This document shows positions 5,159-5,159 of a stretch of DNA of 5,159 bases, one piece after another. Both the position numbers and the translations under genes were made by a program. The stretch spans positions 1 to 5,159 of IMG/VR virus record IMGVR_UViG_2698536403_000005, one strand, 5' to 3'. Source of the stretch: a virus (Duplodnaviria > Heunggongvirae > Uroviricota > Caudoviricetes). The notes under the pieces were generated by a model, which ran no database searches, was not told where the DNA came from, and saw nothing but the letters and a program-made list of their open reading frames with translations. The first letter of the stretch is position 1. Each line of letters begins with the position of its first letter.

Positions 5159-5159
5159 C

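Noticed and set aside
1-5159. CRISPR arrays, tRNA/rRNA genes, insertion-sequence inverted repeats, integrase or att sites
   Set aside because: No spaced direct repeats, no cloverleaf-compatible tRNA-like segments and no transposase or integrase-like ORFs were seen; the only repeat family is the cosB R elements.

Overview
This window reads as the late region of a lambda-like (lambdoid) prophage, probably enterobacterial, all on the + strand except one small gene. In order: the 3' end of a lysozyme-type endolysin (1-363); a hairpin and a small transmembrane ORF; the Rz/Rz1 spanin pair (661-1128, with 881-1066 embedded); an accessory 'moron' locus holding a 74-aa hypothetical ORF, a lipoprotein that is essentially an isolated TonB C-terminal domain (1714-2046), and a convergent minus-strand ribbon-helix-helix-like gene (2178-2378); a lambda-type cos site (cosQ/cosN near-identical to lambda as I recall it, cohesive end GGGCGGCGACCT at 2585-2596, and a cosB with three divergent R repeats); then the head module Nu1-A-W-B-C. 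The head module carries two apparent internal out-of-frame deletions: one fuses Nu1 codon ~26 to terminase A codon ~105, the other fuses portal B codon ~47 to protease C codon ~25. The prophage is therefore very likely packaging-defective while keeping an intact-looking cos site, lysis genes and morons. The most interesting candidate is the TonB-C-terminal-domain lipoprotein, a plausible decoy that could block TonB-dependent phage or colicin entry. All homology calls come from reading the translations against remembered lambda and E. coli TonB sequences; no database search was run.
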